64,000 bases of DNA from an uncultured Eubacteriales bacterium (GTDB lineage: Bacteria > Bacillota > Clostridia > Peptostreptococcales > Anaerovoracaceae), in the NCBI GenBank assembly GCA_949285555.1, contig CASDYG010000007.1, positions 25,457 to 89,456 of the forward strand. Direction: 5' to 3'. The position numbers and the translations under genes were made by a program. The notes below the pieces were generated by a model that saw only the letters and a program-made list of their open reading frames with translations, did no database searches and was not told the DNA's origin. Positions 48,841 through 58,761 of this stretch are shown piece after piece. Position 1 is the stretch's first letter. Every line of letters begins with the position of its first letter.

Positions 48841-49203
48841 TTACATGAGTCCCGGAATATTCATTCCGCCAGTAAGCTTGCTCATCTCGTTATTGGCAAT
48901 TTCTTCAATTTGTCTCATGGCTTCGTTTACCGCAGATATAACTAAATCCTGTAGCATTTCAACATCATCTGGATCCACTACTTCCTTATCCAGCTTAAGT
49001 GCTGTAATCTCTTTCTTACCATTCACAGTTACCTCTACAGCACCGCCACCAGCAGTAGTAGTGATTTCCTTCTGCTCTATCTCAGCCTGTATAGCATCAG
49101 CTTCTCGCTGCAATGCCTGTAGCTTCTGCATTTGCTGCATCTGGCTCATCTTTCCACCACCACTATTCTTTGGCCTCTTTCCAGCCTTCATTCCTCTTCC
49201 CAT
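48841..49203 (-). CDS. ybaB: YbaB/EbfC-family nucleoid-associated protein
   Basis: 120 aa with MQQMQKLQ..., ..[38 protein letters not shown]. Confidence 0.9.
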   Translation of the reverse strand: MGRGMKAGKRPKNSGGGKMSQMQQMQKLQALQREADAIQAEIEQKEITTTAGGGAVEVTVNGKKEITALKLDKEVVDPDDVEMLQDLVISAVNEAMRQIEEIANNEMSKLTGGMNIPGLM

Positions 49204-49271
49204 ATTCTACCTCACAATTTATTTATTTTATAAGCGTATACTTAACTCCTTTAAACGTACCCACCGGTAGG

Positions 49272-50612
49272 CTAGAACTTATATGGTATGCTTTCTTTCC
49301 CCATTAGCTTAAAAATTATCGCTCCAGCAAAAAATCCAATAATGGTTGGTACAAGCCATGTAAATCCTGCCTCTGAAAAAGGTATGTAGCTAAGGATTTG
49401 ATTTACACTGCTAAGATTAATACTAGTCAGCCCATTTGCATTAGCCACATTCAAGGCGTCAAAGATTGACATCAATGTTGCTACTATTACGGCTCCCTTC
49501 CATGCACCATCATTAGGCACAAAACGCCTGAAAATTCCCAACAAAGTGAGAACCACAGACATTGGGAAAAGCAACATAAATAACGGACCTGAAATAGTCA
49601 GAACCTTTGTTACTCCCATAGAAGATACCATAAAAATTATAATAGTAATAATCAGTGATCCATATTTGTAATTTAATTTCTGCTTTGTAAGTGATTCAAG
49701 CCATAATCCGGTAGTAGCTATCATTCCTATAGCAGTAGTCAAACAGGCGAAGAGTATTGCTAATGAAAGGAAAATACTTCCGCTATAACCTGCTACACGA
49801 TTTACTAGATCTGATAGTAAAAAAGTAGAGTCTTCCTTGCCAGTATAGATTTGCGTACCCTGCGCTCCCAAATATGACAGCCCTGCATAAACGGCGAAAA
49901 GTAGTACAAACCCTATGATGATTATACCCAGCATAAGCTTTTTAAAGTCGCTTCTATCTTTGTATCCCTTTTCCATAAATGCAGTAATAAAGATACCTGC
50001 ACATACAATTCCTGTTCCTACATCTCCTGTATTATAACCTGTCGTAAAGCCATTTAGAAAGGCTCCACTACCCGTTGCAATACTGCCTGCATGAAGAGTA
50101 TCAATAGGCTTAACTATTGCTATCCCTATTACAATAAGAAGTGCAATAAGCAGTACTGGCGTCAGATAGTTTCCAATTTTATCAATAACCGTAGACTTAT
50201 TCATTGCAAAATAATAGGAAATTGCAAAGAAAACAAATAAAAATACAATTTTGTATACCGTAGGTAGCTGCGTTCCTACTATTGACTGAAATCCAGCTTC
50301 AAAAGCTACACCTCCGCACCTTGGTATGGTACCAAAGCAGACAACAAATAGTCCCATTACCATGTACAGCAGATGCCACCATGGTGTGACTCTCTGCATC
50401 ATATCTTGAATTCCATATCCCACGTTGCTAACCGATGCTACTGCCAGCATAGGAAATAAAATACCCGTAAGTGCTAATCCTATAATTGCAAAAAATACAT
50501 GATTTCCAGCAGCAAGTCCTATTTGTGGCGGAAAAATCAAATTCCCTGAGCCAAAAAAGATAGCGAACATGGCAAACCCCACCACAAAAATGTCTCTAAT
50601 CATTCTTTTCAT
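49272..50612 (-). CDS. brnQ: Branched-chain amino acid transport system II carrier
   Basis: FFGSGNLIFPP motif and ~12 TM helices. Start placed at MKRMIRD (50612). The ORF track extends to 50669. Confidence 0.8.
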   Translation of the reverse strand: MKRMIRDIFVVGFAMFAIFFGSGNLIFPPQIGLAAGNHVFFAIIGLALTGILFPMLAVASVSNVGYGIQDMMQRVTPWWHLLYMVMGLFVVCFGTIPRCGGVAFEAGFQSIVGTQLPTVYKIVFLFVFFAISYYFAMNKSTVIDKIGNYLTPVLLIALLIVIGIAIVKPIDTLHAGSIATGSGAFLNGFTTGYNTGDVGTGIVCAGIFITAFMEKGYKDRSDFKKLMLGIIIIGFVLLFAVYAGLSYLGAQGTQIYTGKEDSTFLLSDLVNRVAGYSGSIFLSLAILFACLTTAIGMIATTGLWLESLTKQKLNYKYGSLIITIIIFMVSSMGVTKVLTISGPLFMLLFPMSVVLTLLGIFRRFVPNDGAWKGAVIVATLMSIFDALNVANANGLTSINLSSVNQILSYIPFSEAGFTWLVPTIIGFFAGAIIFKLMGKESIPYKF

Positions 50613-50780
50613 ATAATACCTCTGTAGCTTTATTTCATCTGCTAAGCTATTGGTGAATTTAGCAGACATTAGTTGGGTATTATTTTATCACAAATGGTTT
50701 CAAGTAATGCGTGCAATAATAAAATTTTTATCCATATAATACAATTGTATGAAATGTATAAGCTTTTTTTATACTATTTG

Positions 50781-52664
50781 TCATATTGTAACATCCATCT
50801 CTAATATGGCAGATACCTCCTCTGCCAGCTTTTTTCGTTCTTCAAGAGCTCTGGCATCAGCACTTTCATTAATACTGCTACTTTGAGATGCATTTTCCTT
50901 ACTTATTTCATTATCTTCGTTTGCCTGCATTCCCTGCGAGTTTAACTCCATGGCTTTTGATACAGTAGAGGCATTTTCTGCGTTATCCATATCCTCTATG
51001 GTCTTTACACCCTCAGAAGCTGCTAAAGCTGAGTCTAAAGCTTCTTTTCCTGTCATTTTTACACCTGAAGCTTCTGTACCTACAGGTCCAAACTGCAAAG
51101 CACCTGTGTCAGCCTCATTTTCTGAATGGACGGTATTTGTTAACTCGCTATCTTCATTGCTATTAGTCACCTGGCTGTCTGCATTTTCTATACTCTTTGT
51201 TTCTTCTTTTGTACATACGAAATGAATCTCTGCATCTTCTCCAAACAACTTTTTAACAGCCCCTCTGATCTTGCCACTCTCTTCATGCAGATGATTCCTT
51301 GCCTCAACGCTTGGAAGAAGAGCAATAATATCCTGACCCTTTACTTGTACGATATTACATTTATTCATATCTTCATTAAGATCAGGAAAGAATTTACTTA
51401 CCATTGATACTATTCTCGGCCATACTTCCTTTACTTTTTCAAGTTCAATGCATGGTTCTTTTTTGAGCGATTCCTCTGAAGCTATGGCTTGTGAAGCAGT
51501 ATTACCTGCTACATCAGATGAATAGCTAGCCTCATTTTCGCCCTGTTGCTTTTTTTGATGAGGAAATTCTTTTATTTGTATGGCTTTCAAACCTCTGCAA
51601 AGTCTAAGCACAAGAACCTCAAGTGCAATAGATTTTTGACTTGATAGCCTGCATCTATCGACAGCTAGGGCGGTTTCTTCTAAATATATCTCTATTTGCT
51701 GCGGCTCTAAGGACATAGCCTGCCTTTTCACCATTTCTACATCTTTCGCCGCACCATGTATCAGCCTTGATGGTTCTTTAAGAAATAAAGCTACCATTAA
51801 ATTTCTAAAATGCTTTAAAAGATCCTTCATGAGCATATATGGCTCTTTACCCTCACCTATAGCTGCATCTATCAGCTCAATAGCAGACTCACCGTTACCT
51901 TTTGCTATTTCGTCCGTGAGCCTTACAAAGAATTCCATGGATCCAATGCCCAGAAGATCAAGCACATATTTTTCATTTATTTCCGTCTTACCGGCTGCTA
52001 TTGTCTGCTCCAATATACTTAAAGTATCTCTGACGGAACCCTCCCCTCTCCTTACGATAAGTGAGATTGCCTCGTTTTCCATGGCAACACCTTTTCTTGC
52101 AAGCAAATCCTTGAGGTATTCCTCCATCAGAGCATCAGCAATTGGACGAAACTCCAGCCTTTGACATCTGGATAAAATTGTTGCTGGCAGCTTTTGTGGG
52201 TCTGTCGTAGCAAGTATAATAATCACATATTCTGGTGGCTCCTCCAAGGTTTTAAGAAGTGCATTAAAGGCCTGATTTGACAACATATGTGCCTCATCGA
52301 TTATATACACCTTTTTTTTACCTGCTACTGGGGGAAAATTAATACTCTCTCTTAAATCACGGATATTATCAATACCGTTATTGGATGCAGCGTCTAGCTC
52401 GATAACATCAACATATGTACCGTTTTTAATACTCTGACATGTATCACATACTCCGCATGGAGCATCTTGCTCAGTACAGTTTACTGCTTTAGCTAAAATT
52501 CTTGCCATAGTAGTCTTGCCCGTGCCCCTTGTACCAGAAAAGATATAAGCATGAGCTACCTGATCATTTGCGATTTGATTCTTAAGCACACTTACTACGT
52601 GCTTTTGCCCGATGACCTGCGAAAAGGTCTCTGGCCTTTCACTTCTATATAGAGCTTGGTACAT
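50781..52664 (-). CDS. dnaX: DNA polymerase III subunits gamma/tau
   Basis: 627 aa with GTRGTGKTT Walker A, zinc module CTEQDAPCGVCDTCQS, DEAHML and SRCQRLEF, then a low-complexity acidic C-terminal half. Confidence 0.9.
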   Translation of the reverse strand: MYQALYRSERPETFSQVIGQKHVVSVLKNQIANDQVAHAYIFSGTRGTGKTTMARILAKAVNCTEQDAPCGVCDTCQSIKNGTYVDVIELDAASNNGIDNIRDLRESINFPPVAGKKKVYIIDEAHMLSNQAFNALLKTLEEPPEYVIIILATTDPQKLPATILSRCQRLEFRPIADALMEEYLKDLLARKGVAMENEAISLIVRRGEGSVRDTLSILEQTIAAGKTEINEKYVLDLLGIGSMEFFVRLTDEIAKGNGESAIELIDAAIGEGKEPYMLMKDLLKHFRNLMVALFLKEPSRLIHGAAKDVEMVKRQAMSLEPQQIEIYLEETALAVDRCRLSSQKSIALEVLVLRLCRGLKAIQIKEFPHQKKQQGENEASYSSDVAGNTASQAIASEESLKKEPCIELEKVKEVWPRIVSMVSKFFPDLNEDMNKCNIVQVKGQDIIALLPSVEARNHLHEESGKIRGAVKKLFGEDAEIHFVCTKEETKSIENADSQVTNSNEDSELTNTVHSENEADTGALQFGPVGTEASGVKMTGKEALDSALAASEGVKTIEDMDNAENASTVSKAMELNSQGMQANEDNEISKENASQSSSINESADARALEERKKLAEEVSAILEMDVTI

Positions 52665-52689
52665 GAATCATCCTTTCTATGGCAATTAA

Positions 52690-52845
52690 CATTGCCCCTA
52701 GCTAGCTCCACTTACAGTGGTGGCTTAGCTGCATCACATAAGAGTTTCCGCTTATTGCTGCTTCCTTCCGGACCTGACAAGGTTCACAGACTCCTATTGT
52801 GCAGGACCATCACCTATAGCGGAGCTAGCTAGGGGCAATATCCTT
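52690..52845 (-). ncRNA. ffs: Signal recognition particle RNA, small (4.5S-like hairpin, no obvious Alu domain)
   Basis: Minus strand contains the invariant domain IV motif GTCAGGTCCGGAAGGAAGCAGC. The 17-nt terminal arms TGCCCCTAGCTAGCTCC / GGAGCTAGCTAGGGGCA close a ~150-nt hairpin. It sits in the classical position just upstream of dnaX. Confidence 0.85.
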
Positions 52846-52850
52846 CATAT

Positions 52851-52879
52851 ATTATATATTTTCATCTTATTTATGTCAA
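52851..52879 (-). promoter_or_regulatory. Perfect consensus sigma-70 promoter (TTGACA-17-TATAAT) of the SRP RNA gene
   Basis: TTGACA (52874-52879), 17-nt spacer, TATAAT (52851-52856). It lies in the 2-40 nt immediately downstream of the stop of the upstream CDS. Confidence 0.65.
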
Positions 52880-52880
52880 T

Positions 52881-53894
52881 TTATCCACGCCATTTTAGTG
52901 CTTTATATAATTCATCTGCCCCAGGTGGTAATATCTCTGTTGAGACTCCATTTTTGTCTATGAGTAAAGGAGAATTATCAGTTAAATGCCCTATGACGCA
53001 GCAATCAATTCCACTATCTGAAAGTCCTTCAATCAGAGAGTTTTTACTTCCTTCATCTATGAAAATAATCATACTTCCACTGGAAATAAGCCGCATATAC
53101 TCTATATCCAAAGTCTTGGCTAATTGTCTTGTAAGGTTTAGTACAGGAATCTTATCTTCGTAGACTTCACATCCAAGCTCACTTGCTTTACACATTTCCC
53201 ATATTGCACCAAGTACACCACCCTCGGTTATATCGTGCATCATAGATACAGGATATTTACCCGCGATAACTCCCTCTCTAACCACACTTGTCTGCTCTAA
53301 AAGTTTCTTACCGCTGGCAATTTCATCAGTCGAGAAATATTTTGAAAGAGGCTCTTCAAGCTCTGAAAAAATTATCCCCGTGCCTTCAATTCCCGCCTGC
53401 TTTGTCATTAAAATTAGATCACCATTTTTCGGCTTAATATCTAAAGCATCCTTCTTTGCTTTTTTCCCTATAGCTGTAGCTACTACAAGCGGCTGTTTTA
53501 CCGCTTCTGTAATCTCCGTATGCCCCGCTACAATCATCACACCCAGGTCATCTGCCCTTCGCCTGGCATCCGTCATAATTATATCTATATCCTTTGCAGT
53601 AGTACCTACAGGAAGCATGAGAACAAGAGAAATCGCCATAGGAGAAGTGCCTGTTGTAGCAATGTCATTACAGTTTATATCAATCGCTAAGCTTCCAATA
53701 CTTTGCACTGTAGCAGAAATAGGATCGCTGGTTACGATGCACTGATTGTCATCAAAATCTAAAATACCACAATCAAGACCTAATCCCGGAGGAGTAATTA
53801 ATCCTGCGTGACTTTTCGATATAGGCTTTAATACAATTTCCTCTAATATCTGTGTATCAAGCTTTCCTACTGGTAATTCCTTGTTATATTCCAT
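52881..53894 (-). CDS. AIR-synthase-related (PurM/HypE/ThiL superfamily) protein
   Basis: 337 aa with ..GLDCGILDF....IVTSDPI... and ..IVAGHTEIT.., the PurM-like N and C domain pattern. Confidence 0.7.
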   Translation of the reverse strand: MEYNKELPVGKLDTQILEEIVLKPISKSHAGLITPPGLGLDCGILDFDDNQCIVTSDPISATVQSIGSLAIDINCNDIATTGTSPMAISLVLMLPVGTTAKDIDIIMTDARRRADDLGVMIVAGHTEITEAVKQPLVVATAIGKKAKKDALDIKPKNGDLILMTKQAGIEGTGIIFSELEEPLSKYFSTDEIASGKKLLEQTSVVREGVIAGKYPVSMMHDITEGGVLGAIWEMCKASELGCEVYEDKIPVLNLTRQLAKTLDIEYMRLISSGSMIIFIDEGSKNSLIEGLSDSGIDCCVIGHLTDNSPLLIDKNGVSTEILPPGADELYKALKWRG

Positions 53895-53907
53895 CTTCTC
53901 TCCTGAA

Positions 53908-55875
53908 TTATTGAGGCTTGCTTTTATTTGCTAAAGCTGCCAGAATAGTTTTTTCATCTATTATCGGCACCCCAAGACTTTTTGCTTTCTTATTTTTACC
54001 TGAAGCTGAGGTAATATCATTATTTATTAAAAAATCAGTATTATTGCTAACACTAGAGGCTACCTTGCCACCGGCTTTTTCTATCGCCTCTTTCAGCTCA
54101 TCTCTGTTATTGAAACTTTCCAGACTGCCTGTAATTACAAAAGTTATTCCTTTTAGAAAGGTTTCACCTGTACTTGGTACCTTAATAACAAGCTCGCGGG
54201 CAAGCTCCCTTGCTTCCATGTTCTTAATATCATCATTAAAAAAGCTCGTAAAGCTTTTAGCCAATACCATACCTATGCCATCAATTGTTGCAAGCTGAGC
54301 TTCATTAAGCTCATATATTCGCTCTAAACGATTATCTACAAAGGCACTTACCAGCTTGGCTGTAGCACGTCCAAACCCTTCAATTCCCAAAGAATAGATA
54401 AATCTATCTAATGTGGTTGTTCTTGCATCCTCTATTGCCGATATTAACTTATTGTAGGATTTCTCTCCAAATCCTTCCATTTTAATAATCTCTTCTTTAT
54501 GGTCTGCAAGTCTGAAAATATCTGCTTTCGAATGAATAAGCCCCTCTTCAATAAGCTTTTTTATTCGCTCTTCTGATAATCCGTCAACATTTAAAGCATC
54601 TCTGCTAACCAAAAGCGCATAACTTTTTATCTTTTTTGCTGGACACTGATCATTGTCACACCATAGAGTCTTTACCCCATTTTCATCCTGTAATCTTACT
54701 GGCATATTACAAGCAGGACACGTACTTGGAAGCGGGTCCGCCTCTCCTGGCGTCATATTTTCGCTAACCTGAGGAATAATCATATTTGCCTTATATACTT
54801 TTATTCTATCTCCTGCTCCTAAGGATAGCTTTTGAAAAATGCTGACATTATGAAGAGAAGCTCTGCTTACCGTAGTTCCTTCTAAACTGACTGGATCAAA
54901 GATAGCAATTGGATTAATAAGACCAGTTCTGGATGGACTCCAAAGAATTTCCTGAAGTATGGTTTCCTGCTGTTCATCAGCCCACTTAAAGGCCATGGAG
55001 TTGCGTGGAAATTTAGATGTAGCCCCAAGGCTCTGTCCATATTTAATATCGTCCATCAGAAGTACAAGCCCATCTGACGGATATGGATTTTCTTGTATTT
55101 TGGCCTTGAAGTCCTCGATAGCAGCTGATACAGTAGTTGGCTCTACAATAACATATTCTACTACATCAAAGCCTTGCTGCTGTAGCCATTTAAGTTGTTT
55201 CTCATGGGAGTTTGAAAAATCTACATCTTCTATATCATTCATAGAAAACGCCATGAAATTAACCTGTCTTTTTGCAGTAATCCCACTGTTTAGCTGCCTT
55301 ACAGCTCCACTACAAAGATTTCTCGGATTTTTATATGGTTCCTCTCCCTCCGGAAGTGAATCATTTATTTTTGCAAAGTCCTCATATGAAATTACAGCCT
55401 CGCCTCTTACTACTAAACGCCCTTTATACGAGATATTAATCGGCACATTTTGAAACGCCCTGACATTGGGAGTAATAACTTCTCCCACCATGCCATTTCC
55501 GCGTGTTAGTCCTTTTACTAAGTGCCCCTCCTCATAGGTGAGTACTACCGTCAGCCCATCAAGCTTCCACGATAATATACCTTTCTGAGAACCAAGCCAT
55601 GCTTCTAAAGCCTCTTTGTCCTTCGTCTTGTCTAATGAGAGCATCGGGGATTGATGCTCTTCCTTAGGTAGCCCAGAAACTACTTCATATCCCACATTTT
55701 GAGTTGGACTATTGGAGAAGACGATGCCCGTATCCTTCTCCAAATTTAAAAGCTCATCATATAGTCTGTCGTATTCTTCGTTTGACATTATTTCATCAGC
55801 TTCCTGATAGTAGCTTCGTGAGGCATCATTAAGTAAACTGATCAAATGACGAATTCGTTCTTTTTTATCTTTCAT
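53908..55875 (-). CDS. ligA: NAD-dependent DNA ligase
   Basis: 655 aa with adenylation motif KLDGLT, zinc finger CPACN..C.N..CPAK, HhH region and a C-terminal BRCT domain. Confidence 0.95.
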   Translation of the reverse strand: MKDKKERIRHLISLLNDASRSYYQEADEIMSNEEYDRLYDELLNLEKDTGIVFSNSPTQNVGYEVVSGLPKEEHQSPMLSLDKTKDKEALEAWLGSQKGILSWKLDGLTVVLTYEEGHLVKGLTRGNGMVGEVITPNVRAFQNVPINISYKGRLVVRGEAVISYEDFAKINDSLPEGEEPYKNPRNLCSGAVRQLNSGITAKRQVNFMAFSMNDIEDVDFSNSHEKQLKWLQQQGFDVVEYVIVEPTTVSAAIEDFKAKIQENPYPSDGLVLLMDDIKYGQSLGATSKFPRNSMAFKWADEQQETILQEILWSPSRTGLINPIAIFDPVSLEGTTVSRASLHNVSIFQKLSLGAGDRIKVYKANMIIPQVSENMTPGEADPLPSTCPACNMPVRLQDENGVKTLWCDNDQCPAKKIKSYALLVSRDALNVDGLSEERIKKLIEEGLIHSKADIFRLADHKEEIIKMEGFGEKSYNKLISAIEDARTTTLDRFIYSLGIEGFGRATAKLVSAFVDNRLERIYELNEAQLATIDGIGMVLAKSFTSFFNDDIKNMEARELARELVIKVPSTGETFLKGITFVITGSLESFNNRDELKEAIEKAGGKVASSVSNNTDFLINNDITSASGKNKKAKSLGVPIIDEKTILAALANKSKPQ

Positions 55876-55885
55876 ACATCTCCAT

Positions 55886-58144
55886 CTAAATTTTATTTAA
55901 TTTAGCAATTCCTTTAGCCATTTTCTTCGTACCAGCATCATCAAATATAACTGTCCAGGTACTATTATCCTGATCGACTACGATGCCCTTTCCAAATTTT
56001 GCATGACTGATCCTTTGACCATTGCTAATTGGTTCAAAATCCTTTTTGGAATTGGTATTCTTATTAATTATATAGGATCCCATTCCTGTAAATAGTCCGT
56101 CACTATTTCCACTACCGTAAGGTTTTCTATTGCCTGTAGAAAAAGGTTTTTTCATAGGTTTACCCGCATAACCATCTGGGCCGTCCGTGTAAAGGTCACC
56201 CCAGTATCTACTTGATGGCTTGCTCTCCTCCCTGAGGCCTTCCACTGAATCTTCATCCATCTCATCTAGGAATCTGGACTTTTTCATATATTGCCTATTT
56301 CCAAATCTGTTTCTTTCAAGGGCTCTGGTAATATATAGCTTCTCTTTCGCTCTGGTAATACCTACATAGCAAAGTCTACGCTCTTCATCAATATTTCCGT
56401 CTGCAATTGCCCGGTAGCTAGGAAAAATTTCTTCTTCCATGCCGACAATAAACACTACAGGATACTCTAAGCCCTTTGAGCTATGCAAGGTCATAAGTAC
56501 TACCGCTTCGGCATTTTGATCCAGATTATCCACCTCACTCATAAGTGTGATAGACTCTAAAAAGGCTTCAAGTGTAGCTTCCTCGGTTTCTTTTTCAAAC
56601 TCACTTATTGCCGTCTTTAATTCCAGCAAGTTATCCAGTCTGCTATTATCCTCTTCTTTTTTGCTATTTACAAGAGCTTCCCAGTAGCCAGAGCCTTTAA
56701 GCAGGTTATCATATACCCCCTCAATTGTATATTCATCCTTGTGCTCCCACATGTACTCATACAGATTTATAAGGTTCGAAACTGCATTCCTTGCCTTAGC
56801 CGGAAACACTTCTGTAAGTTTATTATTTACAATAAATGGGAGCAGAGCCTCTCCACTTGCCATTTCATCTCTTAGTGCAATTACTTTTCTTAAAGTGGCA
56901 TCACCTATCCCTCGTTTAGGTTCGTTTATTATGCGTGAAAAAGCAATGTCATCACTGGGGTTTACAACAAGTCGAAGGTATGCAAGCATATCCTTCACTT
57001 CTTTTCTATCATAATATCTTACCCCTGATAGCACTCTAAAAGGAATCTTATTTTCCGCCAATATACTTTCCAAAGTTCTCGACTGGTTATTGCCCCTGTA
57101 TAAAATAGCTATATCCTTATAGCTTACTTGTTTATCATAATGCAGACGCTCAATTTCACTAGCCACAAACTTTGCCTCGCCTATTTCCGTGTCGACAGCC
57201 CTGTGTATGACCTTATCTCCATCATGTCCCTCAGTCCATAGCTTCTTCGACTTTCTACCTCTATTATTTTTAATTACTGAATGGGCAACATTCAGAATAT
57301 GCCCTGTTGAACGGTAATTCTGCTCCAGCTTAATGACTCTCGTACCTGGAAAGTCTCTCTCAAAATTCAAAATATTTTGAATATTTGCACCTCTCCATTC
57401 ATAGATACACTGATCATCATCTCCAACAACACAGATATTGCCATGATGCTCGGCAAGCATACGTATAATTTCATACTGAAGTCTGTTGGTATCTTGGTAC
57501 TCATCCACCATAATGTACTGAAATTGCTGCCTGTATCTATTTAAAATTTCATCTGAAGCTTTAAAAAGTCCATATAGATTGAGGAGAAGATCATTGAAGT
57601 CCATAGCGTTATTTTCGCGCATTCTAAGCTCATAAGTCTTATATACTTGCCCTATTTCCTCTTCAATAGTATCGCTGGCCTCCATAATCACCTTTGCAGG
57701 CGGAATAATAGCTTCCTTATAATCACCTATTTTATATAGTAATGTATTAACATCAAGCTCTATATTTTGCTGCTTCAAAATATCTCGGATAAGCGCCTTT
57801 TGATCCTGTGGATCATATATCACAAAGCTACTGGTATAACCAAGTACATCTGCATGCCTTTTTAAAATAGCCAGTGCCATGGAGTGAAATGTCTTAATCC
57901 AGATTTGGCTGGCAAGCTCCCTGGATACAAGTGTTCCTATTCTATCTCGCATTTCCTGGGCAGCCTTATTCGTAAATGTAACTGCCAAAATATTAGACGG
58001 ACTTATGCCCTCGCTTAGCATGTATGCTATCCTGTGGATCATAGTTCCCGTCTTGCCACTTCCCGCTCCTGCTAAAATTAGTACTGAGCCATCAATTTGC
58101 TTTACAGCCTCCTGCTGCTGACTATTTAAATGGTCTAGATTCAT
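55886..58144 (-). CDS. pcrA: ATP-dependent DNA helicase PcrA (UvrD family)
   Basis: AGAGSGKTG, VDEYQDTN and VTRAKEKLY motifs. Start placed at the ATG 6 nt after AAGGAG (58144). The ORF track extends to 58159. Confidence 0.9.
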   Translation of the reverse strand: MNLDHLNSQQQEAVKQIDGSVLILAGAGSGKTGTMIHRIAYMLSEGISPSNILAVTFTNKAAQEMRDRIGTLVSRELASQIWIKTFHSMALAILKRHADVLGYTSSFVIYDPQDQKALIRDILKQQNIELDVNTLLYKIGDYKEAIIPPAKVIMEASDTIEEEIGQVYKTYELRMRENNAMDFNDLLLNLYGLFKASDEILNRYRQQFQYIMVDEYQDTNRLQYEIIRMLAEHHGNICVVGDDDQCIYEWRGANIQNILNFERDFPGTRVIKLEQNYRSTGHILNVAHSVIKNNRGRKSKKLWTEGHDGDKVIHRAVDTEIGEAKFVASEIERLHYDKQVSYKDIAILYRGNNQSRTLESILAENKIPFRVLSGVRYYDRKEVKDMLAYLRLVVNPSDDIAFSRIINEPKRGIGDATLRKVIALRDEMASGEALLPFIVNNKLTEVFPAKARNAVSNLINLYEYMWEHKDEYTIEGVYDNLLKGSGYWEALVNSKKEEDNSRLDNLLELKTAISEFEKETEEATLEAFLESITLMSEVDNLDQNAEAVVLMTLHSSKGLEYPVVFIVGMEEEIFPSYRAIADGNIDEERRLCYVGITRAKEKLYITRALERNRFGNRQYMKKSRFLDEMDEDSVEGLREESKPSSRYWGDLYTDGPDGYAGKPMKKPFSTGNRKPYGSGNSDGLFTGMGSYIINKNTNSKKDFEPISNGQRISHAKFGKGIVVDQDNSTWTVIFDDAGTKKMAKGIAKLNKI

Positions 58145-58397
58145 CATTATCTCCTTCATATCAATTTTAACATAAATGGCCTGTATAAAAAAGGATAGCT
58201 ACATCATTACATAGGCGGTAGTCCACTTACTACATCTAAATTATCAAGAATTTTTACAATTAAAAACCATTGAATTTTACATAACTCTACCCTATATATC
58301 TTTATAAAGTACTCTCAAATGTAATTGAGGCTAGTGCTTAAAATATTACATATACTTACTAAAGGCAAAAGCTTTAACCTCTCAGGAAAACATACAC

Positions 58398-58419
58398 AAA
58401 AAAACCGGGCTAGCCCGGT
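58398..58419 (-). terminator. Intrinsic terminator ending the riboswitch-containing transcript
   Basis: ACCGGGC-TA-GCCCGGT hairpin followed by T7 on the minus strand (A-run 58398-58404 on plus). Confidence 0.7.
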
Positions 58420-58564
58420 AATAAGGTCTGGGGCAGGCTGACGAGACCTGCCCAAAGAATGAAAAGCATCGGCTACCCGGTCATTGAAAATAAAAAGGAC
58501 CATGGATCGCCCACAGCCCGTATTTGCTGTATATTGGTTCCTTTACCTATCGGTTCACCGCCGA

Positions 58565-58720
58565 CGTAAAGAGCTTTCATGCAGGTCTCCTGACTCATGG
58601 CTAGAGCTCATCTATACCTTCCCAATTACTCAGTGGCTTCATCAGATGATGAAATTAGATGAGTATACCAATTACAGTGGCGGGACCGTAGAGGATTTGC
58701 ACCCCTTTCCCTCTTAGCCC
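58565..58720 (-). promoter_or_regulatory. Cobalamin (B12) riboswitch aptamer
   Basis: Minus-strand hallmarks in the canonical order: AGAGGGAAAGGGGTGCAAATCCTCT (58690-58714), GTCCCGCCACTGT (58674-58686), and the B12 box AGTCAGGAGACCTGC (58581-58595). A P1-like TAAGAG/CTCTT(T)A closure is possible. Confidence 0.8.
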
Positions 58721-58761
58721 TATTTACATAGGGAACATGAAGCGTATGTTGCTACAATGCT

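Noticed and set aside
58438-58445. CTGACGAG on the plus strand, resembling the hammerhead ribozyme CUGANGA core
   Set aside because: It lies in the loop of a simple 7-bp hairpin. There is no adjacent stem II plus GAAA, no stem III, and no cleavage-site context. The region is better explained on the opposite strand.
58315-58503. 62-aa minus-strand ORF downstream of the cobalamin riboswitch, a tempting riboswitch-regulated gene
   Set aside because: No SD before its ATG (GGCGATCC-ATG). The frame runs straight through the GGGCAGG/CCTGCCC hairpin and the ACCGGGC/GCCCGGT-T7 terminator. The sequence is low-complexity with no recognisable family.
58473-58580. 35-codon frame (MKALYVGGEPIGKGT..) starting 5 nt after an AGGAGA
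   Set aside because: The apparent SD is the conserved B12 box itself (AGTCAGGAGACCTGC), so it is expected regardless of coding. The frame is too short and unsupported. It could at most be the remnant of a lost gene, and it is mentioned only as such.
58484-58717. 77-aa plus-strand ORF
   Set aside because: It is exactly antisense to the riboswitch aptamer, has no SD, and is most simply a chance frame in structured RNA-coding DNA.
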